64,000 nucleotides of DNA from Azolla caroliniana (Eukaryota; Plantae; Polypodiophyta): contig JBHGNT010000004.1 of the NCBI GenBank assembly GCA_043228905.1, positions 1,798,001 to 1,862,000 on the forward strand, read 5' to 3'. The notes beneath the pieces were generated by a model that made no database searches, had not been told where the DNA came from, and worked only from the letters and a program-made list of their open reading frames with translations. A program made the translations under genes and the position numbers. Position 1 is the stretch's first letter. The number at the start of each line of letters is the position of its first letter. Positions 33,070-61,070 of the stretch are shown piece after piece.

Positions 33070-36000
33070 GTATACATCCAAACACACATACAGGCATGCA
33101 TACATACCATGTGTTAAGAACACATACAACAAATTTCCTTTTGTATGCTATATATTTGTAGACTTACTCTCTGATGACATGGATACAATCATAATATGTC
33201 CACCAAACAAAGGCACATTCGAAACATGCACAAATGATTTTTGAGAAACTTCAATTTAACCTCAAAAATATAAAGCAAAAGTTTGGCCTTCTAGCTATTT
33301 CACATGAAATAGGTTTTCACAATGTTAGATACGAATGCATGTATGCATATATTGAACCATAGTATGAACCATACGTACCATACGTGCATTCACATTCAAG
33401 AATGTTTGTGCATTCACATTCAAGAATGTTTCAATAATTTGAGTATGGTAAACACCGTCGAAGTATGGTAAATACCATACTTTTGTATTCATTATTTATT
33501 ATAAGGTACATATAAGAAAATTAAGGTAAAAAGTGAAAAAAAAAACATAAGAATGTTTTGATAACATACACATTCGTTTGCATTCGTATGAAAAGGAATG
33601 TTTGTGAATGGATTGGAGTATATTACTTCCACGTATAAATGCATGATCATATGGATATATGAAGAAGGAACCAAGAGAAACACAGATGAGTAAAACTGAA
33701 AACTGAGAGTTTGCAGAGGCACATTTACTGGAAGCAGAACAAATTAGTAGAACTTAATCCCATATGAAAAATAAGAAGTTTGTGTGTTATGAGAAAGGAG
33801 GAAACAGAGACAGAGACATACTTAGCAAAAGTAAATTGATAGGGAAAACCAGAATGAAAACAAAGAGAGCAGTCAGAAGCCTTAGAAAGGGGGATCCCCT
33901 TCCTAGAAACAGATATGGAAGATCACTGAAAAATAAGGTATATTGTGCAAACCCTAACTGGACCATTTTGAGAATAAAACAAGCTAAGTAAACTTTAACC
34001 AGAGCAAGTGAGTCTGACCTGTCCGTCAAAAGTGAATAATAACCCTAGAAAGTGTTATTACTGATTGACAGATTGTAAAGAAAAGAATTTGACCAAACCC
34101 TATCCAGAACCCTAGAATCAAAACCTTGGAATGCAAACCCGAAACCTAAAAAATGGATGGAGCTCTAGAATATAAAACATAACCCTAGACTGCAAACCCT
34201 AACTCTAGAAACGAACGGAAGAACTGAAAATACGTGCATTTTAGTATAAACCCTAACCCTCAGATTCACTGAAAATACACGTCGGAATGGCCTTTGTCAA
34301 CTAGCATTGTGAACATTGTGAAGATAAAATCGAGAAAAGAGGACTGAAATCTAGAAATAAGAAGGCAGAACTAGAATTTGAGATCATGAAGGGATAAAAG
34401 AAGAAAGAAGAATCAAAATCATAAGAAAAGAGGGGGGGGGGGAGAAAAAAGGAATTGGAATATTCAAACGGAAAAAAAGAATCAGAAATAGAAAAAAAAT
34501 AGAAGAAGAAGATCAAAAGAAATTGGTTGAAATTCTAAGAGTTTGTATTGTTTAAACTTTGGAGTGAATATACTTCCTTTCTCATAATAAATACCAAAGG
34601 CAATCAGATCGAGTGTCAAAACTTTATGGCAAAACCTCCAAAACAATTGAACTTAAATATAAGAACAAATCCAATGTCAATGTGAGAAAATGTTTCCATC
34701 AATACCATTGCATCAAATTGTGACATTTTTTGACCAAGGAACTATAGAGTCCGTCATTGTTGACAGACTAATGAGTTTAACGAACTCAGAGTGGGCTTGT
34801 TTTTCAACTTATGCGTATATTCTGATTTAAATGTTGACATATTAATATTGAGTTTTAATGGACTTGGATTGGCTTTGTTTTTCAACATATGTGTAAATTT
34901 TGATTTAGATGTTGACATGCTTGTAATGAGTTTAACGGACTTAGGTTTTAAGGGATCGATATATTTATGTATTTCAATTGCATGACACAGAAGAACTAGT
35001 CAAACTCATTTAGGGATTTATATTTTAGTGGAAGGTTTGACCTACTGAAAGAGTTTGGAGAAGAGCGTAGATCTATGTTAAACATTTCCGATGCTTTCCC
35101 CATATTTGGAGGAAGAAATTAATATACTACTTGCTAAAGAAATGCACGTAATAAGTATGTATACAATGCACACTATTCAGTCCATAGACTAGGTCATACC
35201 TTGGGAGGGTAAACTTTCGAATTTTGACACAACCTCGGAATAGGTTAAAAACACATAACTTACCAACAATTAGCCTACACGTTTAGGCATTTAACAATGA
35301 ACTAATAGCACCCCAACACGCACCAATATTTGATTTATTTCCTACGCATCTTACATCTATTTACACGAAAAGGGTAAGTGCACCCCAAAAAACCCAACCC
35401 AACCCACACTTGAAAATAATGTGGCATCGTTAATACATTGGACTTGATTCTTCCTTATCGTCTTCAAGGCTGCAATCTCAATTACTGATGTAGTATTATG
35501 ATGTACCAACTTGGATGATTCAAATGTACATGCAAGATGTTTATGGTTTTAAAGCTAAATGTGGGTGGGACATGCCAAAGACAAGGAGCAAGGAGTGTAG
35601 TCCTTCTTTGTGCATTATCCCATATAAAATACAAAGTCAATGAGGATTGTAGTACTACGGTGTGCATTATCCCATACATATATATTACAAAGTCAACGCT
35701 TTTTTATAAAGGTTTGATAATATAATGTAAAGATGTCCCTTCCAAGATGCCAACGCCTGCATGGCTAGCATGTAGCCATTTTGGAGCATTTTAAACTCTA
35801 ACGTGATAGCTCATCAAGGTTAGAGGGTGACCTATTTTTTGTATAGGTGGCAACGACTTAAGAATAAATGGAGATCCCATTTTGCCAATTAAATATAGTT
35901 TCAAGGATGAATTGCTCGGGCCAATGAAAAAGATTTACATTAGCGAGACAATGAACCCCAAATATTAGTCAAACACTAAACCTGTGGCATTTACACAAAC

Positions 36001-36865
36001 AATTGGGATGTCATATCATTCTCATTGTCCATGTCCAATTTGCACATACGAAATTGAAGAGCGGATGAAGACATGTATGAATCTGATTTGAATGTCAAAT
36101 ATGGTAGGTATCGTCTTAAGTGTGTATTGAAGATTGTTCGAGCCTCGTAAAAGGACACAATGTGTTGAAAAGTTTTTCACTTGTGTCGTGTCTTTTCGTA
36201 CACTCTCCATTCTACAAGTTCATGTCCTTCATTCCCATCTTCTTCCAAAAGGTGAGTGAGATCACGAAGAATCAGAGAAGAGCAATCGCGTACTCATTAA
36301 CTAACGTACATCAAACGCGAGGGCCCCGCAAGACATTCGTTAAAAAGACAATTCAATCGATTGCAACTATAGAGAAGAAAAAGAACAAGAAGGAATCGAT
36401 CGATGAAGCCCGAGGAGACTCGTATTTCTTTCTTGCGGTCGCTAGGTGTGAACACTTAAACGCCCACGGCCACAAGGAGAACTGTTTTCCCCTACTACAT
36501 ACCCTATTATATACTCTCTGTTTTCACAGGTTGTGACTTTGTCCTAAAACAATCAATGGTGGGTTCCTTTTAAATTTGTTTTTTGAACGTTCCTAGGTAG
36601 GCCCCCCCCCCCCCCCCCCACCTGCATTTCATTTTTCTGTACCACTTTGTTTTGTTGACCCTGATTAATGTTAGAATTCATGCCCCATGATGTTGAGAGC
36701 GAGAGCCAACCTATATCTAAATTCTAACTATCAATAATTTTAGGGTTAGATCACTAATTCCTCCTCTGCACCCCCCCCTAATCAATCATTCATTCATTAT
36801 CAGCTTCAATCAAGAGTAAATTATACCCTGCTTCATTCCTTTTGAAACCCCATGATCACCACATC

Positions 36866-44156
<7,291 letters not shown>

Positions 44157-45989
44157 TCTCAATGGACTTGCATGCATAAATAATGTATGCATGCATCATG
44201 TATATATTATACCATACATTCACGATCATATGAATGTATATATTAGTATATACCATATATCCATGCAAAATAATGAGCAATGATGATCGTGCGAGAGTGT
44301 CGATCATATGTGCAACACAACATGACATAAAAACTTAAATTGGTTGACTTTTGAGTTGGAGTCGTCGGAATAGCTCTACTTGCTTCTCTCCTAGGTGCTC
44401 GGAAACATGGATTATTATTGAGTCCCTACCACTCCATGCCATATTTGACTTACTTCTCTTTCAATATTATATTGTTATGACACTCTCGCAAGTACATTCT
44501 ACCTGATTTTAATTTATAAGTTCCTGGCTAAATGTACTTCCCATGCTAGCATATGAATCCCTAAATTGATTTACATTTTGTTACTCTCTTGTATGAGAGC
44601 TTAGACAAAATCATATGATCTCCAAAATTGTTTCACCCTGTTAATGAATGGTAAATAAGATTTGCATGTATTGTATTAATTATTGTTCCCACTTTTGTAA
44701 TCTCACTTGCAATGGCCATTTTCAATTTTGCCAATCACTTGATTCTCCTTTACCTTTTGCATAACCCACCCTGGTCCCTCATCATTCAAATGGTTTGTGT
44801 GCGTGTATCATACGAAAATAAATACTTCATGACATGATTGATTTTGTTAATGAGCACATATGGGATGAGTTAATCATTGTTCTAAGGTGCAAAGACATTA
44901 TAAACACGCATGTCGTTTTTACAAGTGACAACTAATTACCTAATGGTTCGGCTAATAGTTAGCTAATATCCAACTTGTTATTTAATGATATCTAATTTGT
45001 TGTTTAACTAAAACTAATTAGCTATTTAATGCTAGCAATGTATAATAGTGAATGTTAGCTTATTAATTATGCGCTATGCATAAGCTAATAACCTTTGAGT
45101 AATTGCTAATGTAACTATTTAACTATAATAAAAATTTTACAATGATAAGATTAATAAGAGAAAGTGAGATTATTGTTACAGTATTCGTTATGAATTAGCT
45201 AATTAACTATGGCTAAAAGCTAATATAACTAATAGGTAATTCATTAACATAAGCTAATAAGTTAATGTTAAGCAATAACTATTGATGCCTTCTTATAAGA
45301 TACAAATTTTAATAATTAATTAACTGCTAACTAATTACACTAATAATCATTTTGTTTAAACAATACAATTCCCTATAAATGGAATATTGTAAATACCCTA
45401 ATGATAATTAATAGTTATTGTAGCTATTAGCTATCAAAGGCCAATGAAGAATAGCTAATTGATAAGTGTAGATGCATGTTTGCATAGATTAGAAATACCA
45501 ATAGTGAATCAAGAAGGTGAATTGGATGCTCCTTGTATCCACTCCTTCCAAAACATTTCTTGCACAAATCCTTACAAGTGATAACACGCTCTCATTAGTT
45601 TAGAAGATGATGATTATATCCTTGATCTCTATGTCATTGGCTTACATCTTTGGAGCGATTGAAACCTCACAATTAAACTTCTTCAATCTAGACCATATGC
45701 TTAGATTGCATAATGAAACATTAGCATGTTGCAATGTCAAGCTCAATTCTTTGAAGGTCAGGGATGGGAGTAGTGGAATCATGCTCCAACCATCAAGCTT
45801 TTACATTAAACTTGTTAATTTACAAGTGAAAATCAGGTTAGACACCAAAAGTAGAAGAAAAACGTGATCAATGCTAGTAGTAGATCCATGTATGGAGCAT
45901 GTCCATATATATAATGCGAGAATTTGGCACCATACAATGAATTCCATGCATACAGGAAAAATGGCGATTCTAGTGATGGGATTTAACTT

Positions 45990-46032
45990 ATCCCACATGC
46001 AAACATTTCAAAATGAACAAACCCTATAAATG
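45990..46032 (+). promoter_or_regulatory. Plant snRNA-type promoter (USE + TATA) with Pol III spacing
   Basis: ATCCCACATGC at 45990-46000 (plant USE consensus RTCCCACATCG), a 24-nt spacer, then TATAAA at 46025-46030. Confidence 0.6.
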
Positions 46033-46054
46033 AAAGGGAGAAGATACAGTTTTC

Positions 46055-46155
46055 ACAGCTGTGAGGAGGTCGGTGCATTGCAGCCATAGCCCGGCTGCGT
46101 GATTACCTTTGATTCTACATGAAAGCATCATGGCACCCGATTCTGAGCTCATTTT
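46055..46155 (+). ncRNA. Candidate orphan box C/D-type small RNA, independently transcribed
   Basis: Box C variant GTGAGGA (46061-46067), box D CTGA (46143-46146), AGC/GCT terminal stem, internal helices, TTTT at 46152-46155. GC-rich relative to its flanks and directly downstream of USE/TATA. Confidence 0.55.
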
Positions 46156-46476
46156 GCTGCCATAATTATTATATACAGGCATCGCCAGTAAATGCATTAG
46201 AATTTAGGACAGTGGTACTCTAATTTTAAGGCGCTACTGCTCATCTGAAAATCTCGTGTATGAGAGATAACTATTGCTTAGTACTGTGACTAATCCGATC
46301 ATCTACTAACCCTCCTCTAATTTAACTACCTTCTTCTGCCACAAAATATTCGTATATACTTCCACTTGTTAAGAAAACATTGTGATTTCTCCATGTAGAA
46401 GAAAGAAAAACACTCAAACAACAAGGAAAACGCTGTGACCTAATATGGAATGATTGATTGATGGGAGAGGACAGGG

Positions 46477-46586
46477 AAAAAAATTTAATTTGGACCATTC
46501 CTCAATTTGTGCATGTCATCCTTGCGCAGGAGCCATGCTAAGCTTCTCTGTATCGGTCCAAATTTATCAGATGTCCCCGAAGGGAC
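46477..46586 (-). ncRNA. U6: U6 snRNA, divergent copy or pseudogene
   Basis: Minus strand GTCCCTTCGGGGACATCTGATAAATTTGGACCGATACAGAGAAGCTTAGCATGGCTCCTGCGCAAGGATGACATGCACAAATTGAGGAATGGTCCAAATT followed by a T7 tract. ACAGAGA box and AGC triad intact; about 8 differences from plant U6 as I recall it. Confidence 0.93.
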
Positions 46587-46949
46587 AAAGCAATTGTCTG
46601 ATTCCTTGAAGTAGGAAGCCTTAATCTCTTCATAGACTTGATTTGGTGCAACGTGCTAATGGAAGCATGTTTTTGTTCTAATTACTGTATGTGCCATATA
46701 TCTAACATACTTGATGTTCGGGTCCTATTGAGACCATAATCAGTTTATCGATTAAAATCCTTAAATAATAGAGAATGGTGTGAGTTCATTGAGTTAATCC
46801 GACACATTAATTCAACCCTAGAGAGAATTGAAGTTGCTTACTATGTGAATAGCAACAATTCACTAGATCAATGTGACCTCACATGGACATTCCCTTCCAT
46901 AAAACATGTGTTATTCTATCGATGATAATGCTTTTCCGAGCTCATTTAC

Positions 46950-47400
46950 AATTGTTAGAGAACTCGCTTTTAATGTCTCCTTGATTGTTTCACTACATTG
47001 CACAACATATAGCTTTCACTTGAAATCTCATAAATTGGTTCCTTCTTTTGTCCAACTTCAGCTGCTTTATATTCAATCTCACACTTAGTTTGCAGCATTA
47101 GTTTGGTTTGAACCAGTTGGTATGTGCAAGTCAGATGAGTATGTGGTATGTTGATATGCAACATCCATCTGTGTCCGCTAAAGGTTCTACCAATGGATAT
47201 TGCTCACCAACATACTGGAAACATTACATCACATGAATTCATCCTGGAGGTGGGGCGCATTGGAGATGCCAAACATTCTCATCTCCATCGATCTGAAAAC
47301 GTCTTTTCTTTATTCTGTTGGGTCACTTAATGGTAAATATTGGATCAATACATCCACAAACAAGTCAATAAAGATAGCCAAACTGCAATATTTTATTTCT
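46950..47400 (-). mobile_element. Highly decayed gypsy RT remnant
   Basis: Frameshifted traces QNKEKTF, MFGISNAP and IGRTFSGH resemble the RT motifs KTAF, MPFGLxNAP and I.GRTFEEH. Confidence 0.4.
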
Positions 47401-48357
47401 TCCATCCTTAAACTCTGACTTCTTTTTATTAGATTTTTACCACTTTTTCTTAAATTAACTTGAATATTGTTTTCTAAAGCATCTCTTGTATGCACGCATA
47501 AGATTGATTAGTCTTACCAACCATTGATGACCACTAACAAGTCATTCCCATCCCGAGTAGATATCGATATAGAAACATGTTACAATATCAAATGTGATGA
47601 TGGTTTGGATTTGGTTGTGTTTTGAACTAGTATTTTTTTCCCAATCAATGTTTACGTTTAGATATACATTCGTGTTTTCTTCTCTCTCGTGGGTTTGAGC
47701 TTTGGATATGGTGATGTGTAATGTCGTGCGAACTCACTAGGTTGGTTTTAATCAAATCTTATCATGTTCATGGTTTGGATTTGGTTGTGTTTTAAATTAG
47801 TTTTTCTTTCTGGTCACTGTAACTTTTGTTTACATTTTTTCGTGCTTTCTTCTCTTGATCTTGAGCTATGGATATGGGGAGCTTTAGATATTTACCGGTG
47901 GGTTTTTAATCTAGCCTATTTTACCATCATATGTCCAAGTTGCTAGATGGCCTGGAATTTGACTATGGTTAATGAAATAGTATGTTCCTATGCTACTCTC
48001 ATATACATGTGTGATTGTAATGGGTTTTCGAATGATCGATTATGATCTACAGTTCCCCACTACCTCAGTGAGAAAAATAGAGGGAGGAGATTCAGAGTAA
48101 TGCCATAATTTGTGGTGGGTAACGTTTGGTAAAAGTAGAGAGATTGAGAGACAGAAACTACTAATTCATAGACGTCCCTTGTAGATATATACACACATAT
48201 GGTATATATACATGCATATGAATGTGAATGTATGGTATACATATATGTACATGATGCATGCATACATATATGTATATATGTCCATTGACATCAACGTGGT
48301 ATGAATGGTATGTATGATATCTTTTTTATATACATAACACAGACATGTATGTTGAAA

Positions 48358-55778
<7,421 letters not shown>

Positions 55779-56016
55779 GTGGTGAATGATGAATAGGGAT
55801 GGAGGAGAATTGATGCAGGAGAGTTGATTAAGTCAGTTGGTGCAAAGTAATTGATGCTCTAATCTCATTAAATCTTAGCAGAAATCAGATTCTCGGGGAT
55901 AATTAACGACAAAATGAGCGCCATGGAATGCTCAAAAAGACCATGTTTTGAGGGCCCCACTTCCCCTGTTTCTCTCTGTCTGTGTCTTTCAAAGAGAAAA
56001 CTACTACCATCCCATG

Positions 56017-56056
56017 TATATAGATGTATGTATGTATATGGTTATAGTTATGTATG

Positions 56057-56088
<32 letters not shown>

Positions 56089-56094
56089 TGTATG

Positions 56095-56160
<66 letters not shown>

Positions 56161-56172
56161 TGTATGTATGTA
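56017..56172. repeat. (TATG)n/(TATATG)n microsatellite, representative of many TACA/CA/GA tracts
   Basis: Directly visible. Similar tracts at ~15030-15225, 22703-22748, 26460-26650, 28850-29050, 33030-33066, 43850-43945 and 60900-61050. Confidence 0.95.
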
Positions 56173-57684
56173 TTGGGTGTGGCCTCCTTTGAAGTATTGT
56201 CACTTTGGGACCGTGTGGTCATATGCGTGACCCACTCACTCGATGAGCATGAGCTCGATCCTCTTTCTATATATCAATAGCTCCTTGAATTTCGACGCCA
56301 TTTCAAAATCCTCGTGTTTGCATCAGCACGTGGTTCCAAGACTAAAATATTAACAAAAGAGGTTGTGTCCTCCTCGCGATCATAAACCCAACATGTTCAA
56401 TGTGACAAGAGCTTTGCGATACTCACACATTGTTCGATCACTAAATGATCATGTTTTTCTTTTTTCCGTGTTTGTAACGGGTGTGATTGAATGGATATAA
56501 TGTGTTAAATGGCCATGGTTGAGCCCATCACTTGAAGCATGATGTAAAATGGCAATTGAGGATCAATTAGTGAATAATGATGTACACACATAGCCATCTT
56601 TAATTTTCCCTAAGTTCTTCACATTTCGTTCAACCTTGATCGTAATGTCTACGATCTCATTCATGGGGCTTCTAGAAGAACACAAAATGACATAGAAATA
56701 GGATAGAAAGTCTAGTAAGAGTTGAATCCAAATGAAACATTTTGATATACATTGTTCATAACTCGCAATCAAACTTCAATACACAAAAGATGATGCCTTT
56801 CAATATTGACATAGAGCTCAGGTTAATACATGTTATTGTCAATGTTTATAGTTCTTGAATTTTGTTGTGTGTACAAGGGCAATGACAATGACATGTTTTT
56901 GCTATCATGTGTGTATTTAGAAATTGAATAATTTGGATATTTGAGGGTCATCTCCAACGTTGACAAGCTATTGCTTTCCAATTTTAAATTCTCCGAGTTA
57001 TCCATTAATATTACATGACTCTACTATACATACGGATTATGGACTGCTACTAAGAATAACATTTCTGAAGTTTTGGAGCTGCATTCCAATCTTTTTTTTA
57101 ACAGATTGTAGGATAATCTAGAAGTTTTCTCCCCGTTTCTTGGTTGTTTTCCTCTACTTTGGATGTATATAGATTCGTGTCCCTAGCTCATTTAAACAAA
57201 GGATCCATGGCTAGATATTGTCTTACACAAGACAGCCTTGGGAAGGATAGTCGCTTCCTTTCCATCTATTTTGTATGTTGTAGCTTATATGCCTTTTTTA
57301 AAACTAATGGAAGGATATTTTGTTTTGAAAAAATAAAAAACATTACGTGACTTTGCATAGAGGAAGAAACAGGATCTTTACATTATGAATTATTCAAATC
57401 TTAAGAAACTGCTCACGTTGTATTTTATATCGGATAATGCACAAAGGAAGGCTACATTGGCTATTCAAACTACACTTATATGTGTTTAGCATGTCCCACA
57501 TGTAATTAGCTTAGGACTACAAAGATGTAGTACCTGTGGATCATCCAAGTTGGCTCCTTAAACCAACCACTCCATGAACCTAAGCTAATTGTCATGAGCT
57601 AAGATCTACAAAGTAATTATACTTATCTTGATGGTTAATGAATAAGGGAATGGGTGTGTATAACTTTTGATAAAAGTCACATGC

Positions 57685-58105
57685 ATTTTTTTAACAACTA
57701 TATTTCTCTTTCTTTTGACTATGGGGAAGGCATTGACAATGTTTAACCTAGATTCTACTCCTAAAAACTAATCCATTAAGTCAAACCTTTAACTAAAATT
57801 GAAATCCCTAAATGAGTACAATTGTTCTTATGTGACACAATTGAGAATATACCAATCTCTTAATAGCTCAGAAAAAAGTTGAAAAATAAGGCGCATTTCA
57901 TTAACAACTATATTTCTTTTTCTTTTGACTATGGAGAGCATTGAAAATGTTTAACCTAGATTCAAGTACTCAATACTCATCTGTAAGTCAAAACTTTAAC
58001 AAAAATTGAAATCCCTAAATGAGTTGAATTGTTCTTATGTGAAGAGTGTCACAATTGAGAATATACTAATCTCTGAATATTTAAGAAAAAAGTTGAAAAA
58101 TAAGG
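57685..58105. repeat. Imperfect ~210-bp tandem duplication upstream of copy D
   Basis: The unit TTAACAACTATATTTCT..GAAATCCCTAAATGAGT..AAAAAGTTGAAAAATAAGGC occurs at ~57691 and ~57901. Confidence 0.85.
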
Positions 58106-59099
58106 CCACCGCTTGTTAATATATTAGCTACATCTTCTTAGTTCCTCTAAGGAATGTTCACAAGTTGTGATGGAATTGTTTCAATGAACTAAATTTTCCT
58201 TTCATATTGGATTTGTTCCTATTCAACGATTGATTATAGAAGAGATTTTATTATAAAGTTGACACTTCGTTTTTCTTTTGCTATGATGATGATACTATGT
58301 ACATATAAGAAAGCATCACTCCAAATCCAAAGAATGTAGACCACGTGTATGTATGTAGTCTATTTGAACACTTGACTTTTGGAACATAAAATAAAGTCAT
58401 ATACATATGTTATATAATAGAATAGTAACATCAACATGGTTAAATTAGTTTTTGTGCATCTTTGTCACGGACCACAATTCATTTAAGTTATATGATATAA
58501 TAATAACACTATTGCACTAATTGTGATGGTTTTTCTTCATTAACCATCATTAATTTCTATGGTCCTAAAACATGGAGAGATGGGATTTGATCCTTTTATC
58601 CGGAGGGGAATTATTGAGATGGGAAGGAAAGGCTTGGGATCGTCTTGTTGATGCAAACATATGGGGTTCGATGATCCCAATATTGCAATAACATAAAATT
58701 CTGAAGGTGTGTTGAGTACAATTCAAATGAAGAGGTCGATATCTTTTTTAAGTCTTACATGTGGGTCATGTGTCTTTGTTATCTATCTTTGGTTGTGGTA
58801 TGTAGGCATTATCTGTGATGTATATGTGCAACAAAGTTAAATATGTATGAAGCATTCTTCAAGGAGTATCTTAGAAATACCTCTGGGATTCAACCATTAC
58901 ATCTAAATCTGATCAAATCGTTGAAGAGGAAAGTTTACAAAATGTGTTAAAGGAATTAATGTTGTATTCTCTAGTTCAATGAGCCTATTTTATAAATCGC
59001 ACAATAAGACACTAAATGGAAACATGGGACAAAAATGCTCATATATGATGATTAAAACTCAAAGGCTTATAATCATCCCAAATTTGCGAAAAACCAAAA

Positions 59100-59400
59100 C
59101 TCAAAGTTGGGACTAATCGGATGAATCGGGATGAGTTTGGACAACTCCCAAAACTAATAGAGAGAAAGAGTGAGTGCTCCACACTCCTTGAGCAATATAA
59201 TGTGAATTAGAATTCGGGAATGAGAAGAAATGAGGAATTCGGTTCTTCATTATATAAGGCCAAAGAGGGTCGTTAAGACTATTCATTTGCATAGGGTTGG
59301 GATAGACCATGGTGGCGACCCCTTTGGAATTGGGACTAGGGCCCCTGGTGATTCCCAGACAGTTTCAGGTTTGTGTTCTAGTTGGGACAAAACGGGAACA
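59100..59400. mobile_element. LTR-like dispersed repeat fragment
   Basis: GAC.CC.TT..GGGACTAGG..CCCC.GGTGA.T.CCAG..CAG shared with ~17400-17475 and ~31850-31940. Confidence 0.5.
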
Positions 59401-60897
59401 CCACAAAATGAATTTAAGAAACATTGGGATATTCTAACTAATGGGAACTATTATTTATTAGGCAAAAAAAGGAACCTTTACGGGTTTCCAACTTGTATAA
59501 ATGTGTTAGAGCTCTCACGTAAATGGGCATTTGGATGCTCCAACTTTAGGGCTGCATTTTGGGCCTCGTTCTATCCCCTTTTCACTTCTAAGAGCCACTT
59601 TTATGAAGCTTTCCCACACTAATGATTAGAGATATACATGTTTATTGCTTAGTAATTGTTCATTTAATTGAGTCACCTTGTATATGTTTCTTATATAGCA
59701 GTTACCAATTTAACGAAGGCAATCATATTTCTTAAATATTTTAGTAATTATGTGTGTGTTAATATTATATGAACTTAAGATTTAAGATGCTTTCGAGGCT
59801 TCTAGGATTACATGGAGTCGAGAAATAAGTGCTTTTATGTGTTGATGTACGACTTGGTCTTTGCCATTCTGGAGTGATGTTCCCTAATCCCTTGCTTAAC
59901 CCATTGAGAAGAAGGCAACCCCTAATGAGTCGGTAATGACCCTTATAAGTGCAACACTCCAAGGTATAAATCATGTTTGCCCCTCTTTGAGAAAACATAA
60001 ATGAAAATAGATGATGGAGCATGCCATAGAAGAATATTAATGAATTTTACTACCAAGTATTTGGAGATCACTGTTGACCTTGTGCATGCACACTTGAGTG
60101 CATTAAGGGAGGTGCCAAAGAGGTGTCAGTGGGGAGGAGCTTTACATATGTGAATTAAATCTCAAACCTAGAAACAATAGATGAGTGAAGTTGTCATATG
60201 TATATGAAACAACCAAGACACATTCAAGTTCATGTGGGAATGAAAAAAAGAAGTTCTTATTGGGACCAAGTTGGATGCAAAAACCATGTTGTCCTCATAG
60301 TGAAGAGTTCCATTTAGGCGATATGATACAAGAAAGAAAGAAAAGCTATATGAATGTCTTCTAAGAGGCCCAAATGGCATATAAGACCAAACAAGATATT
60401 ACATCTTCAAATGTTTTGAGACAATATAAAAGAATATTCCATGATTGATCATCAAATCCTTTTTGCAAAACGAAACACGAGGACTCTAGAGCCAAAATCT
60501 ACACATGCATTTTATTATAATGCCTTTAGGTCTTAGAACAATGAGTAATTCACCAGATAATAAATATATGTGTACTAATAATGTCTTTGAGCCCCAAATG
60601 GTTGCAGAACAATTATTAGGTCACCAAGTTGAAACCCCCTAAAAAAATACATCGTACAGAAATACAGAATACATTGGGAAGAAAATAAAGATGCAATATT
60701 AGTCATGAGATGCTCCATGGTTTCAATCAACTTAGGGAAGCTACCAATAAAAAAAAGATATATTAACGTCTTCTAAGACCAAAATTGGCCCATGAGAACT
60801 CAACCCAAAGATATATTAAGGCCATGGGCCATTAGAGAATCTTGAAACCGATGCTCACGACGTATGGTACACATACATATATGATATATCCATGGTG

Positions 60898-60951
<54 letters not shown>

Positions 60952-61012
60952 TATATACATACATATACATTCATACGCACATACAGTTTGTGCATACATA
61001 CTGATACATACA

Positions 61013-61043
<31 letters not shown>

Positions 61044-61070
61044 GCATGCATGCATCTGCGTCCATGGACA

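Noticed and set aside
36602-36618. Poly-C tract upstream of copy C as a regulatory G-quadruplex
   Set aside because: A simple homopolymer absent from paralogue B, with no other support.
46092-46118. Possible guide complementarity of the candidate RNA to 18S rRNA, U4 or 5' splice sites
   Set aside because: Matches are short or mismatched and rely on remembered sequences; not supportable without computation.
48105-48120. U1-like Sm site ATAATTTGTGGT
   Set aside because: No U1 5' end (ATACTTACCTG), stem-loops or 3' hairpin.
57493-57503. USE-like GTCCCACATGT
   Set aside because: No TATA box at either spacing and no structured RNA downstream; it is part of the shared RLK upstream block.
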